From NCBI GenBank assembly GCA_041490045.1, contig JBGPSI010000005.1, positions 531 through 64,530 of the forward strand: DNA of 64,000 nt, given 5' to 3'. The position numbers and the translations under genes were made by a program. This stretch comes from Bradyrhizobium sp. GTDB lineage: Bacteria > Pseudomonadota > Alphaproteobacteria > Rhizobiales > Xanthobacteraceae. Positions 52,311-62,797 of this stretch are shown here, one piece after another. The first letter of the stretch is position 1; the number at the start of each line of letters is the position of its first letter. Under the pieces are notes generated by a model, which did no database searches, was not told where the DNA came from, and was given only the letters and a program-made list of their open reading frames with translations.

Positions 52311-52324
52311 AACAGGGACTAGCG

Positions 52325-52759
52325 TCACTCCATGGTGATCGTGACACCGCCGACGGCGGCCGACAATTCCACACCGGCCTTGACGCCGTGCAATTGGAGA
52401 ATCACGCCATTTGCATTCTGGAGCTGCACGCCGCCGGCGCCGGCAGCCAGCGCTCCGCCAGCACCGATGGTGCTATAGCTACCCGCGATGTCGCCGGGAG
52501 CGTGCATGTTCAATGCCTGCCCGATCATCTTGTTGGTCGATCCCCCGATCGTGGCGCCCAGACTCATGCCCGAAACCCTGAATGGATAGTTGTGGCCGCG
52601 AAAAGTGAGAATCCCGCGTCCTCCGCCAACACCGACAATAAATCCCGCCTTGGTGAACACGACGCGAACTGAACCGGTCTCCGCTCGCGACGTCGTCGAA
52701 ATGGTTGCCAGCCCCACCAGACCCGCCTGCTGCGGAGCCGGAATAGTTCCATCGCCCAC
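52325..52759 (-). CDS. Secreted glycine-rich beta protein (DUF1134/EipA-like); 5' end possibly frameshifted
   Basis: AETGSVRVVFTKAGFIVGVGGGRGILTFRG...LQNANGVILQL; shortened signal peptide. Confidence 0.6.
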   Translation of the reverse strand: MGDGTIPAPQQAGLVGLATISTTSRAETGSVRVVFTKAGFIVGVGGGRGILTFRGHNYPFRVSGMSLGATIGGSTNKMIGQALNMHAPGDIAGSYSTIGAGGALAAGAGGVQLQNANGVILQLHGVKAGVELSAAVGGVTITME

Positions 52760-52805
52760 CGAGATCCCTGCCGAGAACGCGAGCTTTCGCAGATCACATT
52801 ATTGC

Positions 52806-52819
52806 TTGATGCAAATCAA
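52806..52819. promoter_or_regulatory. FixK/FNR box
   Basis: TTGAT-GCAA-ATCAA, perfect, between divergent genes. Confidence 0.85.
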
Positions 52820-52878
52820 CGCGCCGCTTCCGTATCGGTGTTCGGCTATTCTAGCTGAGGCTAACGGAGAAGCAGATC

Positions 52879-53526
52879 ATGAAGGTCGTTTCCGTAGAAG
52901 AAGCAGTCGCCATGATCCCCGACGGCGCCAGCGTCATGATCGGCGGATTCATGGCGGTCGGGACACCGGAGCGTCTGCTCGACGAGTTAGTCCGACAACG
53001 CAAATCCAATCTGTTCGTGATCGCCAACGATGCTGCGCTCGCGGGCAAGGGAATCGGCAAGCTGGTCGACGCGGGGCTGGTTACCCGCATGATCGCGAGC
53101 CACATCGGTCTCAATCCCAAGGCGCAACAGCAGATGATGGCGCAGAAGATGGCCATCGATCTGGTGCCGCAGGGAACGCTCGTCGAGCGGATCCGCGCCG
53201 GCGGCTGCGGACTGGGCGGTATCCTGACGCCGACCGGCGTCGGCACCACAGTCGAACAGGGCAAGCAGACGATCGACGTCGGCGGAAAAACCTATTTGCT
53301 GGAAACGGCTCTGCATGCTGACTTTGCTTTGGTCCATTCGTTCCTGTCCGACTATCTCGGCAATCTCCAATACGCGCTCACAGCCCGCAACTTCAATCCG
53401 GTGATAGCGATGGCGGCGGATACCGTGATCGTCACCGCGGAGAACATTGTCCCGGTCGGCGTCATTGCGCCGGATCATGTCGTCACGCCGGGACCGCTGG
53501 TCGATTATCTCGTTGCCAATGGGTGA
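52879..53526 (+). CDS. Acetate/3-oxoacid CoA-transferase subunit A
   Basis: MIGGFMAVGTP, SHIGLNP, PQGTLVERIRAGG, TARNFNP. Confidence 0.9.
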   Translation: MKVVSVEEAVAMIPDGASVMIGGFMAVGTPERLLDELVRQRKSNLFVIANDAALAGKGIGKLVDAGLVTRMIASHIGLNPKAQQQMMAQKMAIDLVPQGTLVERIRAGGCGLGGILTPTGVGTTVEQGKQTIDVGGKTYLLETALHADFALVHSFLSDYLGNLQYALTARNFNPVIAMAADTVIVTAENIVPVGVIAPDHVVTPGPLVDYLVANG

Positions 53527-53530
53527 GATC

Positions 53531-54181
53531 ATGGACGCACAAACGATAATCGCCCGACGCGTCGCCCTCGAATTGCGCTCGGGAATGCTCGTCAATCTCG
53601 GCATCGGGATTCCGACCCTGATTGCGAACTATGTTCCTGCCGACCTCAAGGTCTTCTTTCAATCCGAGAATGGATTGATCGGTACCGGCCCCATTCCGGA
53701 ACAGGGCATGGAGCATCCGCTACTGACCGATGCCGGCGGGCGCCCGATCAGCGCGCTTCCCGGCGCATGCTGCTTCGACAGCGCCTTGTCGTTCGGCCTG
53801 ATCCGCGGCGGCCATGTCGATATGACGGTGCTGGGCGGGCTCCAGGTGGATAGTGGGGGCCAACTCGCCAACTGGACGATCCCGGGCAAGATGGTCCCCG
53901 GCATGGGCGGGGCGATGGATCTGGTGACCGGCGCCAGGCGGGTGATCGTCGCCATGCAGCACGCCGCCAAGGGAAAATCGAAGATCGTCAAGAAGTGCAA
54001 TCTGCCGCTGACATCGATTAGGGCCGTTGACCTTGTCGTGACCGATATGGCGGTGATTGGATTCCCCGATGGCCGCGCGACCCTGATGGAGACCGCGCCG
54101 GGCGTCAGCGTGGCGGACGTGATCGCCAATACCGAGGCAGAACTTGTCGTCCCCGCCAAGGTGCCGGAAATGTCGATTTGA
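53531..54181 (+). CDS. Acetate/3-oxoacid CoA-transferase subunit B
   Basis: VNLGIGIPT, catalytic QSENG, GMGGAMDL. Confidence 0.9.
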   Translation: MDAQTIIARRVALELRSGMLVNLGIGIPTLIANYVPADLKVFFQSENGLIGTGPIPEQGMEHPLLTDAGGRPISALPGACCFDSALSFGLIRGGHVDMTVLGGLQVDSGGQLANWTIPGKMVPGMGGAMDLVTGARRVIVAMQHAAKGKSKIVKKCNLPLTSIRAVDLVVTDMAVIGFPDGRATLMETAPGVSVADVIANTEAELVVPAKVPEMSI

Positions 54182-54240
54182 GCCGGCATCCCGGCTTGCA
54201 TGCAGCCCTGCTGTCGACTTCTTCTCAGTCAACGATTTTC

Positions 54241-54340
54241 ACACAAAGTAGAGGCCGTCACAGGGGAGGTGGCGGCCTCTAGCTTTGGTGCTCTATGGAG
54301 GTCTTGAGCACCAATACCCCCAGCTTGGGCGATAGCTGGA
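54241..54340 (-). ncRNA. Candidate FixK-dependent three-hairpin sRNA with CUCC loops
   Basis: Three consecutive hairpins; loops AAGACCUCCAUA and CUCCCCU; FixK box centred 41.5 nt upstream; -10 TACGTT. Confidence 0.62.
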
Positions 54341-54374
54341 TCATGAAAACGTAGGACTCGATCGGTCGATAGCA

Positions 54375-54388
54375 TTGATGCAAATCAA
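54375..54388. promoter_or_regulatory. FixK/FNR box
   Basis: TTGAT-GCAA-ATCAA, perfect, lying between two convergent gene ends. Confidence 0.85.
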
Positions 54389-54427
54389 TCCGGTGCCACT
54401 TCGTGGAAAAAATTGCAGCGAGGCCCG

Positions 54428-54949
54428 CTAGATCAGCCGAAGCGTGAGGTGCAGGCTTCCCGACTCCCGTCGGGTGCTGACCGGCAGGCCGCTCTTCTGA
54501 AAGACGTTCAACATCTGCCTGTTGTCAGGCAGTACATCTGCAATCAATTCCCGCAGGCCCGCTCGACGCGCAATCGCAACCAGATGGCGCATCAGCGTCG
54601 TGCCAATACCCTGCCCCTGGTATTCGTCGACTACAGCGAACGCGACCTCGGCCTGTCCCGGGCTGACAACGATAAAACGCCCGCCGCCGGCGATCGTCGG
54701 TTTGCCGTCCTCCTCCACCACCGCGATCAGGGCGACGTGATTGATAAAATCCACGTTGACGAAGAAGGAAGTTTCCTTCTCGCTGAACTCACGTTTGACT
54801 GCGAAGAACCGCCGGTAGAGAGAATCCGTGCCGATACGGCGGACCGCCGCGATGAGATCGTTGCGGTCTTCCGGCCGAAGCGCGCGGATTTCCACCCGGC
54901 GCCCATCTCGCAAGGCTCCAACTTCTGAATATTGGGAAACTTCGGACAT
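54428..54949 (-). CDS. GNAT acetyltransferase (Pat-type GNAT domain, standalone)
   Basis: LRDGRRVEIRALRPED, SLYRRFF, AEVAFAVVDEYQGQGIGTTL, VLPDNRQML. Confidence 0.85.
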   Translation of the reverse strand: MSEVSQYSEVGALRDGRRVEIRALRPEDRNDLIAAVRRIGTDSLYRRFFAVKREFSEKETSFFVNVDFINHVALIAVVEEDGKPTIAGGGRFIVVSPGQAEVAFAVVDEYQGQGIGTTLMRHLVAIARRAGLRELIADVLPDNRQMLNVFQKSGLPVSTRRESGSLHLTLRLI

Positions 54950-54990
54950 GGCGGTCGCGCCCTCTTTCAGAGCCGCTACCACGATCAGTG

Positions 54991-55404
54991 CTAAAGCGCG
55001 CACCTGGTATATTTGAGTGACATTCCCGGGATATCCGGGAACAGCCTGTCGAGGTTGTCGTCGTCGATAACCTTGAGGGTGAAACCAACCTTCTGGTTCA
55101 TGATGCTCGTCGCGCAGGATGCGCCCAGTTCCAGACTATCGCCGTCCTGCTTCCTCGATGTGATCGTGCATCGAGCGGCTTTGCCCCTGATCCGGTTGCC
55201 CTCGATGATGAATCCAGATCCGTAGAGATCGGAAAGCTCGGCGAATACGATGCTGCTACCCTTCTTGGTGAAGACCAGCTTGCACAGATCGGTCTGGGTT
55301 GCCCAGGCGCCCGTCAGGTCGATCGCATGAGCCTGGACCGGCAGCAGGATGCTAGAGCCGAACAGCATGACGGCCAGGGTCAACAATCGGCGTGCGTCAA
55401 ACAT
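54991..55404 (-). CDS. Secreted hypothetical protein
   Basis: GGAG RBS, signal peptide ending AHA, four Cys. Confidence 0.7.
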   Translation of the reverse strand: MFDARRLLTLAVMLFGSSILLPVQAHAIDLTGAWATQTDLCKLVFTKKGSSIVFAELSDLYGSGFIIEGNRIRGKAARCTITSRKQDGDSLELGASCATSIMNQKVGFTLKVIDDDNLDRLFPDIPGMSLKYTRCAL

Positions 55405-55499
55405 TATTATCTCTCCAGAAAATTGAAAGCGGAGCCATGATGCACAAAAAAGACAGACTCGCAATGAACGTCATGCAAGGAGTCGGTCGCCTTCCGTAG

Positions 55500-56738
55500 T
55501 CAATGACCTCCCAGTACTAGCACTTTCAGCGGCAGAACGATCGCCTTCAGACGGAGGATCAGCGCGTGGACGAGAGCCACCGTATCGACGATGTGCAGAT
55601 AGATCTTCTCAAGTGAGCCGACCTTGCCCGAAGCAATCAAGTCATGGTTGTTTGAATAGGCATTCACGATGCAGCTGCTCCCGGGAGGCACGCCATCGAG
55701 TCCTCCCTTGTAGAGAGGCTCAAGGAATACGGTTACGGTGCCCGGCTTGGTGATCTTGTTGAGATCGGTCAGCTGGTCGGTAGCTGTGATCTGCCCAGCG
55801 GCGATGACATTTTGTTCCCGAACGACTACGAGGGGAATAATGGCCATCGGCTTCGTGACGCAAGTGCCCTCGGCCGCCATGCCAACCTTGATAACTTGCG
55901 CCTCGAGCTGGTTGAATCCTGCTGCGAGCTGGTTCTCGCCCGCGCCCTCCGGAATGAGGATGCCCGCTGCCCTGGTAAATGGCGCTGCCTGAATGATATC
56001 CCCGACCTTCAAGACGAACTGGTCGACCCGCCCGTCGACACCCGCACGGATCGTCATTTTGTCGAGTTCTACCTTCGCTGCGGCAAGCTGGGCCTCCGCG
56101 CTCGCCTTCTGTGCCGGAATTACCGAGGAAATACGCGTTTGCGCTGATTGCTTGGCAGCCGCCGCGGCATCGACCGCTCCCTGTCGTGTCGCTACGAGCG
56201 TCTGAAGCTTTTCGATCTCACGCGCGGCAACAATGTCGGCGTTGCGCTGCTGCAACTGGGTCTTGGTCCGCAGTTCGTCCTGGGCCTGTTCCAGGGCTCC
56301 CTTAGCCTCCTGATACTTACCCTCGCTGGTCAAGATGTCGGCTTCGGCCGTCGCGGCGGACGCATCCACTTCGGCGATGCGAGCGCGAGCCGTCTCGAGT
56401 GTTGCCTCCTGTCTCGAGCTGTCCATCTTGAACAGACGGTCGCCCTTTTTCACGCGATCGTTATAGCCGACGTAAACCTCCGATACCCGACCACCAATCT
56501 CGGGATATATCGAGGTAGTCCGGAATAGCGAGGTGACGTTTTCCGACTCCGGATGGTTGTACAAGACCACCGTGATGAGCAGCACGGTCAGGATCAGGCA
56601 AAGCGTAATGCCGTAGCGAAGTTCGTACCAGACCGAGAAGATCGTGATTTCATGGCCGATGCGCCTGCCCTGCACATAGCGCCGGAACAGATAGTCCGGA
56701 AGCAGGGTCAACATTGAACAGAGCATGAGTTCAAGCAT
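55500..56738 (-). CDS. HlyD-family membrane fusion protein
   Basis: PEIGGRVSEVYV..NDRVKKGDRLF lipoyl half-motif, alpha-hairpin, IRAGVDGRV. Confidence 0.85.
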   Translation of the reverse strand: MLELMLCSMLTLLPDYLFRRYVQGRRIGHEITIFSVWYELRYGITLCLILTVLLITVVLYNHPESENVTSLFRTTSIYPEIGGRVSEVYVGYNDRVKKGDRLFKMDSSRQEATLETARARIAEVDASAATAEADILTSEGKYQEAKGALEQAQDELRTKTQLQQRNADIVAAREIEKLQTLVATRQGAVDAAAAAKQSAQTRISSVIPAQKASAEAQLAAAKVELDKMTIRAGVDGRVDQFVLKVGDIIQAAPFTRAAGILIPEGAGENQLAAGFNQLEAQVIKVGMAAEGTCVTKPMAIIPLVVVREQNVIAAGQITATDQLTDLNKITKPGTVTVFLEPLYKGGLDGVPPGSSCIVNAYSNNHDLIASGKVGSLEKIYLHIVDTVALVHALILRLKAIVLPLKVLVLGGH

Positions 56739-57174
56739 GGGCGGCCCCCTTCTTGTCCTTCGGGAGCTTAACAGCGGGCGCGTCCTTTGGCGGGCTGGAA
56801 TCGGAATGATCAACGAGGCTGACGTCCGATTCCTGCCCGGCAATAGTTTCCACCGAAGTCGCTATGCGCTTGAACGGGGTCAGGAAGTCGGGAAGGTCGA
56901 TGAAGGCAAGCAGCAGAGCTGCAACCCAAAAGACATGCTCGTGCGACAAGAGGCCGAGCAAACCCAGCACGGCGACAATGTCGAACTGAACCTTCTTCGA
57001 CTTATGCGCCATTCTTTCCGGCAGCGAATGAATCGTCAGGAAGATGACGCCGGTCGCCACAATGCTTCCAATGACAATCACCAAGGTAATATAATAAAGT
57101 ACATCGGTATCGCCCGGCGCAGTGATGAAAAATGGCAAGTGATCTGTCAGTGCTGGATTAGGTGAAGCTGTCAA
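56731..57174 (-). CDS. DUF3302-like membrane protein (HlyD partner)
   Basis: HLPFFITAPGDTDVL, IHSLPERMAH, two to three TM; TTG start after GGGAG. Confidence 0.7.
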   Translation of the reverse strand: MTASPNPALTDHLPFFITAPGDTDVLYYITLVIVIGSIVATGVIFLTIHSLPERMAHKSKKVQFDIVAVLGLLGLLSHEHVFWVAALLLAFIDLPDFLTPFKRIATSVETIAGQESDVSLVDHSDSSPPKDAPAVKLPKDKKGAAHA

Positions 57175-57251
57175 AGGCCATCTCCCGAAATCTTTTGGCA
57201 AATTGCCGGCCGACCTCAAATCAAAAAGTGCACCCGTTTTGGTTCGTCTTG

Positions 57252-57265
57252 TTGATTCAAATCAA
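57252..57265. promoter_or_regulatory. FixK/FNR box
   Basis: TTGAT-TCAA-ATCAA, perfect, about 80 bp upstream of the 57174 start. Confidence 0.85.
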
Positions 57266-57350
57266 ATGGGGAACGCAGATAGATGCGCTCCCCCTGGTCC
57301 GCCTTCTTGAGGCCCATCGGGCGGCCCAACAAGCCTGGTACGGGCTAGCC

Positions 57351-58148
57351 TCAATCGATGATGTGGTAGCCGCCATCAATATAAATCGTGTCGCCCGTCA
57401 TCAGCTTCGCGCCGTCGAGCGCGAGGAAGGCAACCGCCTTTCCGACGTCGTCGATGCTAACCAGGCTTCGCGCGGGCGCCTTGGCCTGCGCCTTCGCCAT
57501 CAGATCGTCGAACTCGGGAATCCCGGAGGCTGCGCGCGTTGCCAGCGGGCCGGGCGATATGGCGTGAACCCGAATGCCCTTGGGGCCGACCTCGGACGCG
57601 ACGTATCGAACGGCGCATTCCAGCGCCGCCTTGGCGACGCCCATGATGTTGTAGTTTTCCACCACCATCTGGCTGCCGTAGTAAGTCATCGTGAACATCG
57701 TGCCGCCCTTCTTCATCAGGGGCTCCGCCAGATGCGCCATGCGGAGGAACGACCAGCATGAGACATCCATGGTCGCCAGAAAGCCGTCACGCTTGACGTC
57801 GATCACCCGGCCGTGGAGAGCCTCCTTGGGGGAGAAGGCGATCGAATGGACGAGAAAATCGAGTTGCCCCCAGTCCTTTTCGATGCGCTCGAACACGGCC
57901 TCCGTCTGTCCGGCAATCCCGACGTCCATGGGCATGAAGATGGAAGATTCGAGCGCGCTCGCGAGCGGCTCCACGTGCTTCTTTGCCCTTTCGTTCAGAT
58001 AAGTGACGGCCAGATCGGCGCCCAGGGCACGGAATGCCTTGGCGCACCCCCAGGCGATCGACTGCTCATTGGCGATGCCGACGATCAGTCCCTTGCGCCC
58101 CTTGAGTGCTATTTTGGTTTCGGGGTAAACGGGTATTGCTATTGTCAT
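57351..58148 (-). CDS. fabI: Enoyl-ACP reductase (FabI-like SDR)
   Basis: [48 protein letters not shown]. Confidence 0.9.
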   Translation of the reverse strand: MTIAIPVYPETKIALKGRKGLIVGIANEQSIAWGCAKAFRALGADLAVTYLNERAKKHVEPLASALESSIFMPMDVGIAGQTEAVFERIEKDWGQLDFLVHSIAFSPKEALHGRVIDVKRDGFLATMDVSCWSFLRMAHLAEPLMKKGGTMFTMTYYGSQMVVENYNIMGVAKAALECAVRYVASEVGPKGIRVHAISPGPLATRAASGIPEFDDLMAKAQAKAPARSLVSIDDVGKAVAFLALDGAKLMTGDTIYIDGGYHIID

Positions 58149-59359
58149 GACGCCCTCACGTATTTTGGAGAACTCGTCGTCTGCTGCGACAGCAACGACC
58201 ATGTGTGCCGGGCAATCATCAGCTCTTCGTCGGTTGGGATGACGTAAAGCGGGAGCCGGCTGTCAGGGCGCGAAATCAGCAGCTTGTTTTCGGCATTCGC
58301 GGCTGCATCCAGCGAAGCGCCAAGCCAGGCGAGCTTGCTCGAAATGGCCGCGCGGATCTGGGGCGAGTTTTCGCCAATACCGGCTGTGAAGACGAAACCG
58401 TCGATACCCTGCAGCGCCGCGGCCAGCATCCCGGCGTTCAAACCCACGCGGTAGACGAAATAGTCGACCGCAAAGACCGCGCGCGGATCAGTGTTGCCCT
58501 GAAGCTCGCGCATATCGTTGCTGATGCCGGAGAGTCCCTTCAGGCCGCATTCGCGATAAAGGAAATTCTGCACTTCGCCGGGCGACATGCCTTTTTCCGA
58601 AAGCAGGTAAAGCACGACGCCAGGGTCGAGTTGGCCCGGCCGTGTACCCATCGGCAGTCCGTCGAGTGCCGTAAATCCCAGCGTGCTTTCGATGCTGCGC
58701 CCCTGGCCCAGTGCGCACATCGAGGCGCCGCTCCCCAGATGCGCGACGACCACCCGCTTGTCAGCGATTTCGGGAGCTACTTGAGGAAGAGCGCTGGCAA
58801 TATATTCATAAGACAGGCCGTGGAATCCATAGCGTCGCACACCCTCGGCATACAGCGCCAATGGAATCGCGAAATGATCAGCCAGTGCGCCGTGGCCGCG
58901 ATGAAATGCCGTATCGAAACAGGCGATCTGCGGAAGATCCGGGAAACGGGCCATGATCGATCGGATTGGCGCCAGATTGTACGGCTGATGAAGCGGCGCC
59001 AGCGAGGTGTAGCGTTCGAGCCGCGCCAACACATCTTGATCGACCCGGACCGGCCTGTCGTAGTCCGGTCCGCCATGTACCACGCGATGTCCGATCGCAA
59101 TCGGATCGATTTTCAGTTCCTCCCGCAACCATGTGCCCGCGGTGGCGAGCGCCCTCGCGACATCAGGAACGGTCGCGCTCTCATAGGTACGATCGACCAG
59201 CACGGCGCCGTCGGCTGCGGTAACGCGCAGGCGCGGTCGGCTTCCGACTCCGTCCATCAGGCCCTTGATCTGGCGCTTGAGGCTGCCGTCCTGTTCGATT
59301 CCAAAAACCTGGAACTTTACGCTCGACGAGCCGGCATTGGCGACGAGGATCGTGTCCAT
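58145..59359 (-). CDS. ackA: Acetate/propionate kinase
   Basis: [48 protein letters not shown]. Confidence 0.92.
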   Translation of the reverse strand: MDTILVANAGSSSVKFQVFGIEQDGSLKRQIKGLMDGVGSRPRLRVTAADGAVLVDRTYESATVPDVARALATAGTWLREELKIDPIAIGHRVVHGGPDYDRPVRVDQDVLARLERYTSLAPLHQPYNLAPIRSIMARFPDLPQIACFDTAFHRGHGALADHFAIPLALYAEGVRRYGFHGLSYEYIASALPQVAPEIADKRVVVAHLGSGASMCALGQGRSIESTLGFTALDGLPMGTRPGQLDPGVVLYLLSEKGMSPGEVQNFLYRECGLKGLSGISNDMRELQGNTDPRAVFAVDYFVYRVGLNAGMLAAALQGIDGFVFTAGIGENSPQIRAAISSKLAWLGASLDAAANAENKLLISRPDSRLPLYVIPTDEELMIARHTWSLLSQQTTSSPKYVRAS

Positions 59360-59364
59360 GACAT

Positions 59365-60333
59365 TCACGCAGCCGCAACGGTTGAAGCACGGCGGCGGGC
59401 GTCGGCATACAGCACCGAAATCGCGCACGAGGCCATGCGGCCACGAAGCGAGTCGGCGCGCGAGGTGAGAATGATGGGAACGCGCGCCCCCAGCACGATG
59501 CCGGCGGAGTCCGCTTTCGCGAGGAACGTGAGATTCTTCGCCAGCATGTTGCCAGCCTCGAGATCCGGCACGACCAGGATCTGGGCCTGACCAGCGACCG
59601 CCGACTTTATTCCCTTGATTCTGGCGGCTTCCTTGTCGACGGCGTTGTCAAACGCCAGCGGCCCGTCCAGCACGGCACCCGTGATCTGGCCGCGATCCGC
59701 CATCTTGCAGAGCGCGGCGGCCTCGATGGTTGACGGAATCTTGGCAGTTACCGTCTCCACCGCCGACAGGATCGCGACCCTCGGCTCGCCAAGGCCAATC
59801 CCGGCATAGAGGTCGATCGCATTTTGAACGATGTCACGCTTGCAATCGAGGTCCGGGAAAATATTGATCGCCGCGTCCGTAATCCACAATGTCTGGGCGT
59901 AACCGGGCACATCGATGGCAAAGACGTGGCTGATCCGCCGATCGGTGCGCAAGCCTGTCCCTTTCGCGGTGACGCTACGCATCAGTTCGTCGGTATGAAG
60001 GCTCCCCTTCATCAACAACTCGCCCTTGCCCTCGTGAATCAGTTCAACGGCTCTCGCCGCCGACGCCTCGCTATCGGGCGCGTCGACGATCTCGAAGCGC
60101 GAGATATCGAAGTTGAACTGCGCTGCGATGGCCTTGATCTTGCCCGCCGGACCCACCAGGAGCGGCTTGATGATTCCGGCGGCGGCGGCTTCGCAGATGC
60201 CGCGCAATGAGGCCTCGTCGCAAGGGTGCGCAACGATGGTCACCGCTGACGGCACCTGCTTGGCGGCCGCGATCAGGCGTTCATACTTTACATGGGCTTG
60301 GCCTTCGCCGGCGTCGATCGGAACTACGCTCAT
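59365..60333 (-). CDS. Phosphate acetyl/butyryltransferase
   Basis: [46 protein letters not shown]. Confidence 0.9.
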   Translation of the reverse strand: MSVVPIDAGEGQAHVKYERLIAAAKQVPSAVTIVAHPCDEASLRGICEAAAAGIIKPLLVGPAGKIKAIAAQFNFDISRFEIVDAPDSEASAARAVELIHEGKGELLMKGSLHTDELMRSVTAKGTGLRTDRRISHVFAIDVPGYAQTLWITDAAINIFPDLDCKRDIVQNAIDLYAGIGLGEPRVAILSAVETVTAKIPSTIEAAALCKMADRGQITGAVLDGPLAFDNAVDKEAARIKGIKSAVAGQAQILVVPDLEAGNMLAKNLTFLAKADSAGIVLGARVPIILTSRADSLRGRMASCAISVLYADARRRASTVAAA

Positions 60334-60362
60334 GGCTCGACTCCCAATTAACTCGGTAGCGG

Positions 60363-62600
60363 TTACGACGCCTTGGCTCTGTCCTTTTTCGGAACGAAAG
60401 GCACTCTTTCGGCGCCCGTTTCTGAGGGTCCTGCCTCATCGGCTTCAAAAAGCTGCGTAATTTTTTTCAGGCGTTCCGCGGCTTCGCCGGAGATTTCGCC
60501 GGCAGAACTCAGAACGTTGCGAATAGCGGCAAGGCCCTTGCGGCGCTCGGCGACGTCGGCCGGCAGCAATTTCGGGATCGCTGCCAGCGTTGCTTCCGAA
60601 TCCAGCAGCAACAGGAAGAACTGCTCGCGCGCCATCGCCTTGAACTGCGCCAGCGTCAGCCGCGAACTTTCTTCTGTGAGACGAATTCGACGCAATGCCG
60701 CGACGCCGCGCTCATCGACGAACCCTCGCGCCATGCCCACATAGACCAGGCCGCGAATGGTGCACTCCTGAAGACCGCCTTTGTCGATTTTTGACTTCAG
60801 TTCGGCAATGCGTTTGTTCCGCAGCTCAGTGTGCAGTGGGGATTTTCCGGGCCTTCGAGGCCGGGCCACTGTCGGGTCAATTCCAACCGCGGCCTGCAGC
60901 GCAGGCGATCCGTACACGGCGAGGAATATCGACTCCGAAAGTTTTTCCTGGCTTTCCCGCCAACCGTCCAGTGCCTTCACGATCTGCTCGGAAACCTTTT
61001 CCTGGGCGACAATGAACGGATTGTCGGCCGATGCGGGCTTGCGCTGCTCTCGGACCTTCTCCGCGGCGCTTGCCAGCGCCGGCATGAACGGATTTGCGTC
61101 GGTGAAGGCCTCATATTGCATACGGCCCGTATCCCAACGCCTTAGCCACTCCGCAACCTGCGGAGTAAAGATGGCCTTGACCATCGGCTGCATGAATGCG
61201 CGGTAAAGCGACAGATTGATTTCCGAGACGCGCGCGGCGGTCGCAAACCGCCGTTCATCTTCCGGCGAATTGCCGCCCATGGCGCGGATATCATCCAGCG
61301 TGCGCTGCTCGCAGCGCATGACCCACTCTCCCTCTACGAGGTCGGGGCTAGTGGTGTCACCGGTTTTACGCTCGAACGTTGCCTCGTAGAGCCCGGGAGG
61401 CAGCATATCGATCAGGTCGATGTTGCTTGAGAATTCATTGTGCTCTTTCTTGGCCACTCCGCCCGAAACGAAGATTCCGAGATGTCCGACCGTCTCATGA
61501 ACGGTGTAGACGATGGTCTGGCCGAATGACCTGATCTCGTCGACATCGTCATAGAGGTCGAGAACCCAGTCGAGCGCCTGCTGCGGCGGCGTGATGTTGT
61601 CGCCCTTCGAGCAGAACACCACAATCGGCGAACGGATGGTACGAAGGTCGACGGCCGTGCCGTCCGACATTTCAATGCGACCGGCTGCGAGCTCGTTGCC
61701 GACGAACAGCTCATCGACGATGAACTGGATCTCCTCCGCATTGAGGTTGACATGCCCGCCCCACCAGCGCTCGAACTCGAGGTATCGGGGGGCTTCGGTG
61801 TCGACCTTGGAGTAGACGTTATATTGCTTGGTCCACAGCGTGTTAGCCGGATTCTGGTTCTCGAAATTGGCAACGAGCTTGCCGCCGTCGAACTTGCCGC
61901 CTCCCATGTCGCTGGTGAGCGCCGTCAGCCAGCTACCACCGAGCAGACCGCCGGAGTAACGCATCGGGTTTTGTCCGTGAACGCCCGCCCAATAGGACAG
62001 CGGCGCGCCGGCCAGAATAATCGGGCCGAACAGCTCGGGCCTGATCGCCGCCAGAATCATCACGGCCCAGCCGGCCTGGCAGTTGCCAATGACGCACGGC
62101 TTTCCATCCGCCTGGGGATGAAGCGCAATAACCTTTTCAAGGAATATAGCTTCGGCGCGGGCGATGTCTTCGATGGTCTGGCCCGGCATCGGGTCGGGCA
62201 TGAAGCCGACGAAGTAGCAGGCATGGCCTGCCTTCATGGCGACGCCGATCTCGCTGTCAGCCTTGAAGCCGCCGATACCTGGGCCATGCCCGGCACGAGG
62301 ATCCACCACCACAAATGGCCGGCGTGAGGGATCGATTTCGACACCTTCCGGCGGAACGATGCGCACCAGCAGGTAGTTTACCGGCCGCTTCAGCGTCCGG
62401 CCGTCCAACACCAGCTCGGCCTTGTAGTCGAGGACGTGGGGAACTTTCTCGGCGAGATGGTCCCGATACTGATTGCTGCGCTGACGCATCACATCGCAGA
62501 ACAGGACGCCGCGCTGCGTCGCATCTATCATGTATTCGAAGGCGGAACCGAAGAAGTTGAGGGGCGTGCTGCCCGATAACTGCTGATTGTCGCTGGACAT
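60363..62600 (-). CDS. DUF3141 family alpha/beta-hydrolase (PHA-metabolism-related)
   Basis: VDPRAGHGPGIGGFK, IGNCQAGW lipase-box Cys, GDNITPP, VGHLGIF. Confidence 0.85.
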   Translation of the reverse strand: MSSDNQQLSGSTPLNFFGSAFEYMIDATQRGVLFCDVMRQRSNQYRDHLAEKVPHVLDYKAELVLDGRTLKRPVNYLLVRIVPPEGVEIDPSRRPFVVVDPRAGHGPGIGGFKADSEIGVAMKAGHACYFVGFMPDPMPGQTIEDIARAEAIFLEKVIALHPQADGKPCVIGNCQAGWAVMILAAIRPELFGPIILAGAPLSYWAGVHGQNPMRYSGGLLGGSWLTALTSDMGGGKFDGGKLVANFENQNPANTLWTKQYNVYSKVDTEAPRYLEFERWWGGHVNLNAEEIQFIVDELFVGNELAAGRIEMSDGTAVDLRTIRSPIVVFCSKGDNITPPQQALDWVLDLYDDVDEIRSFGQTIVYTVHETVGHLGIFVSGGVAKKEHNEFSSNIDLIDMLPPGLYEATFERKTGDTTSPDLVEGEWVMRCEQRTLDDIRAMGGNSPEDERRFATAARVSEINLSLYRAFMQPMVKAIFTPQVAEWLRRWDTGRMQYEAFTDANPFMPALASAAEKVREQRKPASADNPFIVAQEKVSEQIVKALDGWRESQEKLSESIFLAVYGSPALQAAVGIDPTVARPRRPGKSPLHTELRNKRIAELKSKIDKGGLQECTIRGLVYVGMARGFVDERGVAALRRIRLTEESSRLTLAQFKAMAREQFFLLLLDSEATLAAIPKLLPADVAERRKGLAAIRNVLSSAGEISGEAAERLKKITQLFEADEAGPSETGAERVPFVPKKDRAKAS

Positions 62601-62669
62601 TTTTCAGCTCCATCTTTTTTCTAGGCTTTCAAACGTCCTTCTTGTTATTCGATGCTGTGCGCCGTTTGG

Positions 62670-62683
62670 TTGATCTACCTCAA
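62670..62683. promoter_or_regulatory. FixK/FNR box (one mismatch)
   Basis: TTGAT-CTAC-CTCAA, 70 bp upstream of the DUF3141 start. Confidence 0.7.
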
Positions 62684-62797
62684 GAGAAATGCCGCATAAG
62701 CGAGCTATTTTTATGTTTAAGACAATCGGTACCTCGGTACGTCAAACAACACGAAGAGATGCAGACGCAAAGTGAATAATCTTCAGGAGATTCAATC

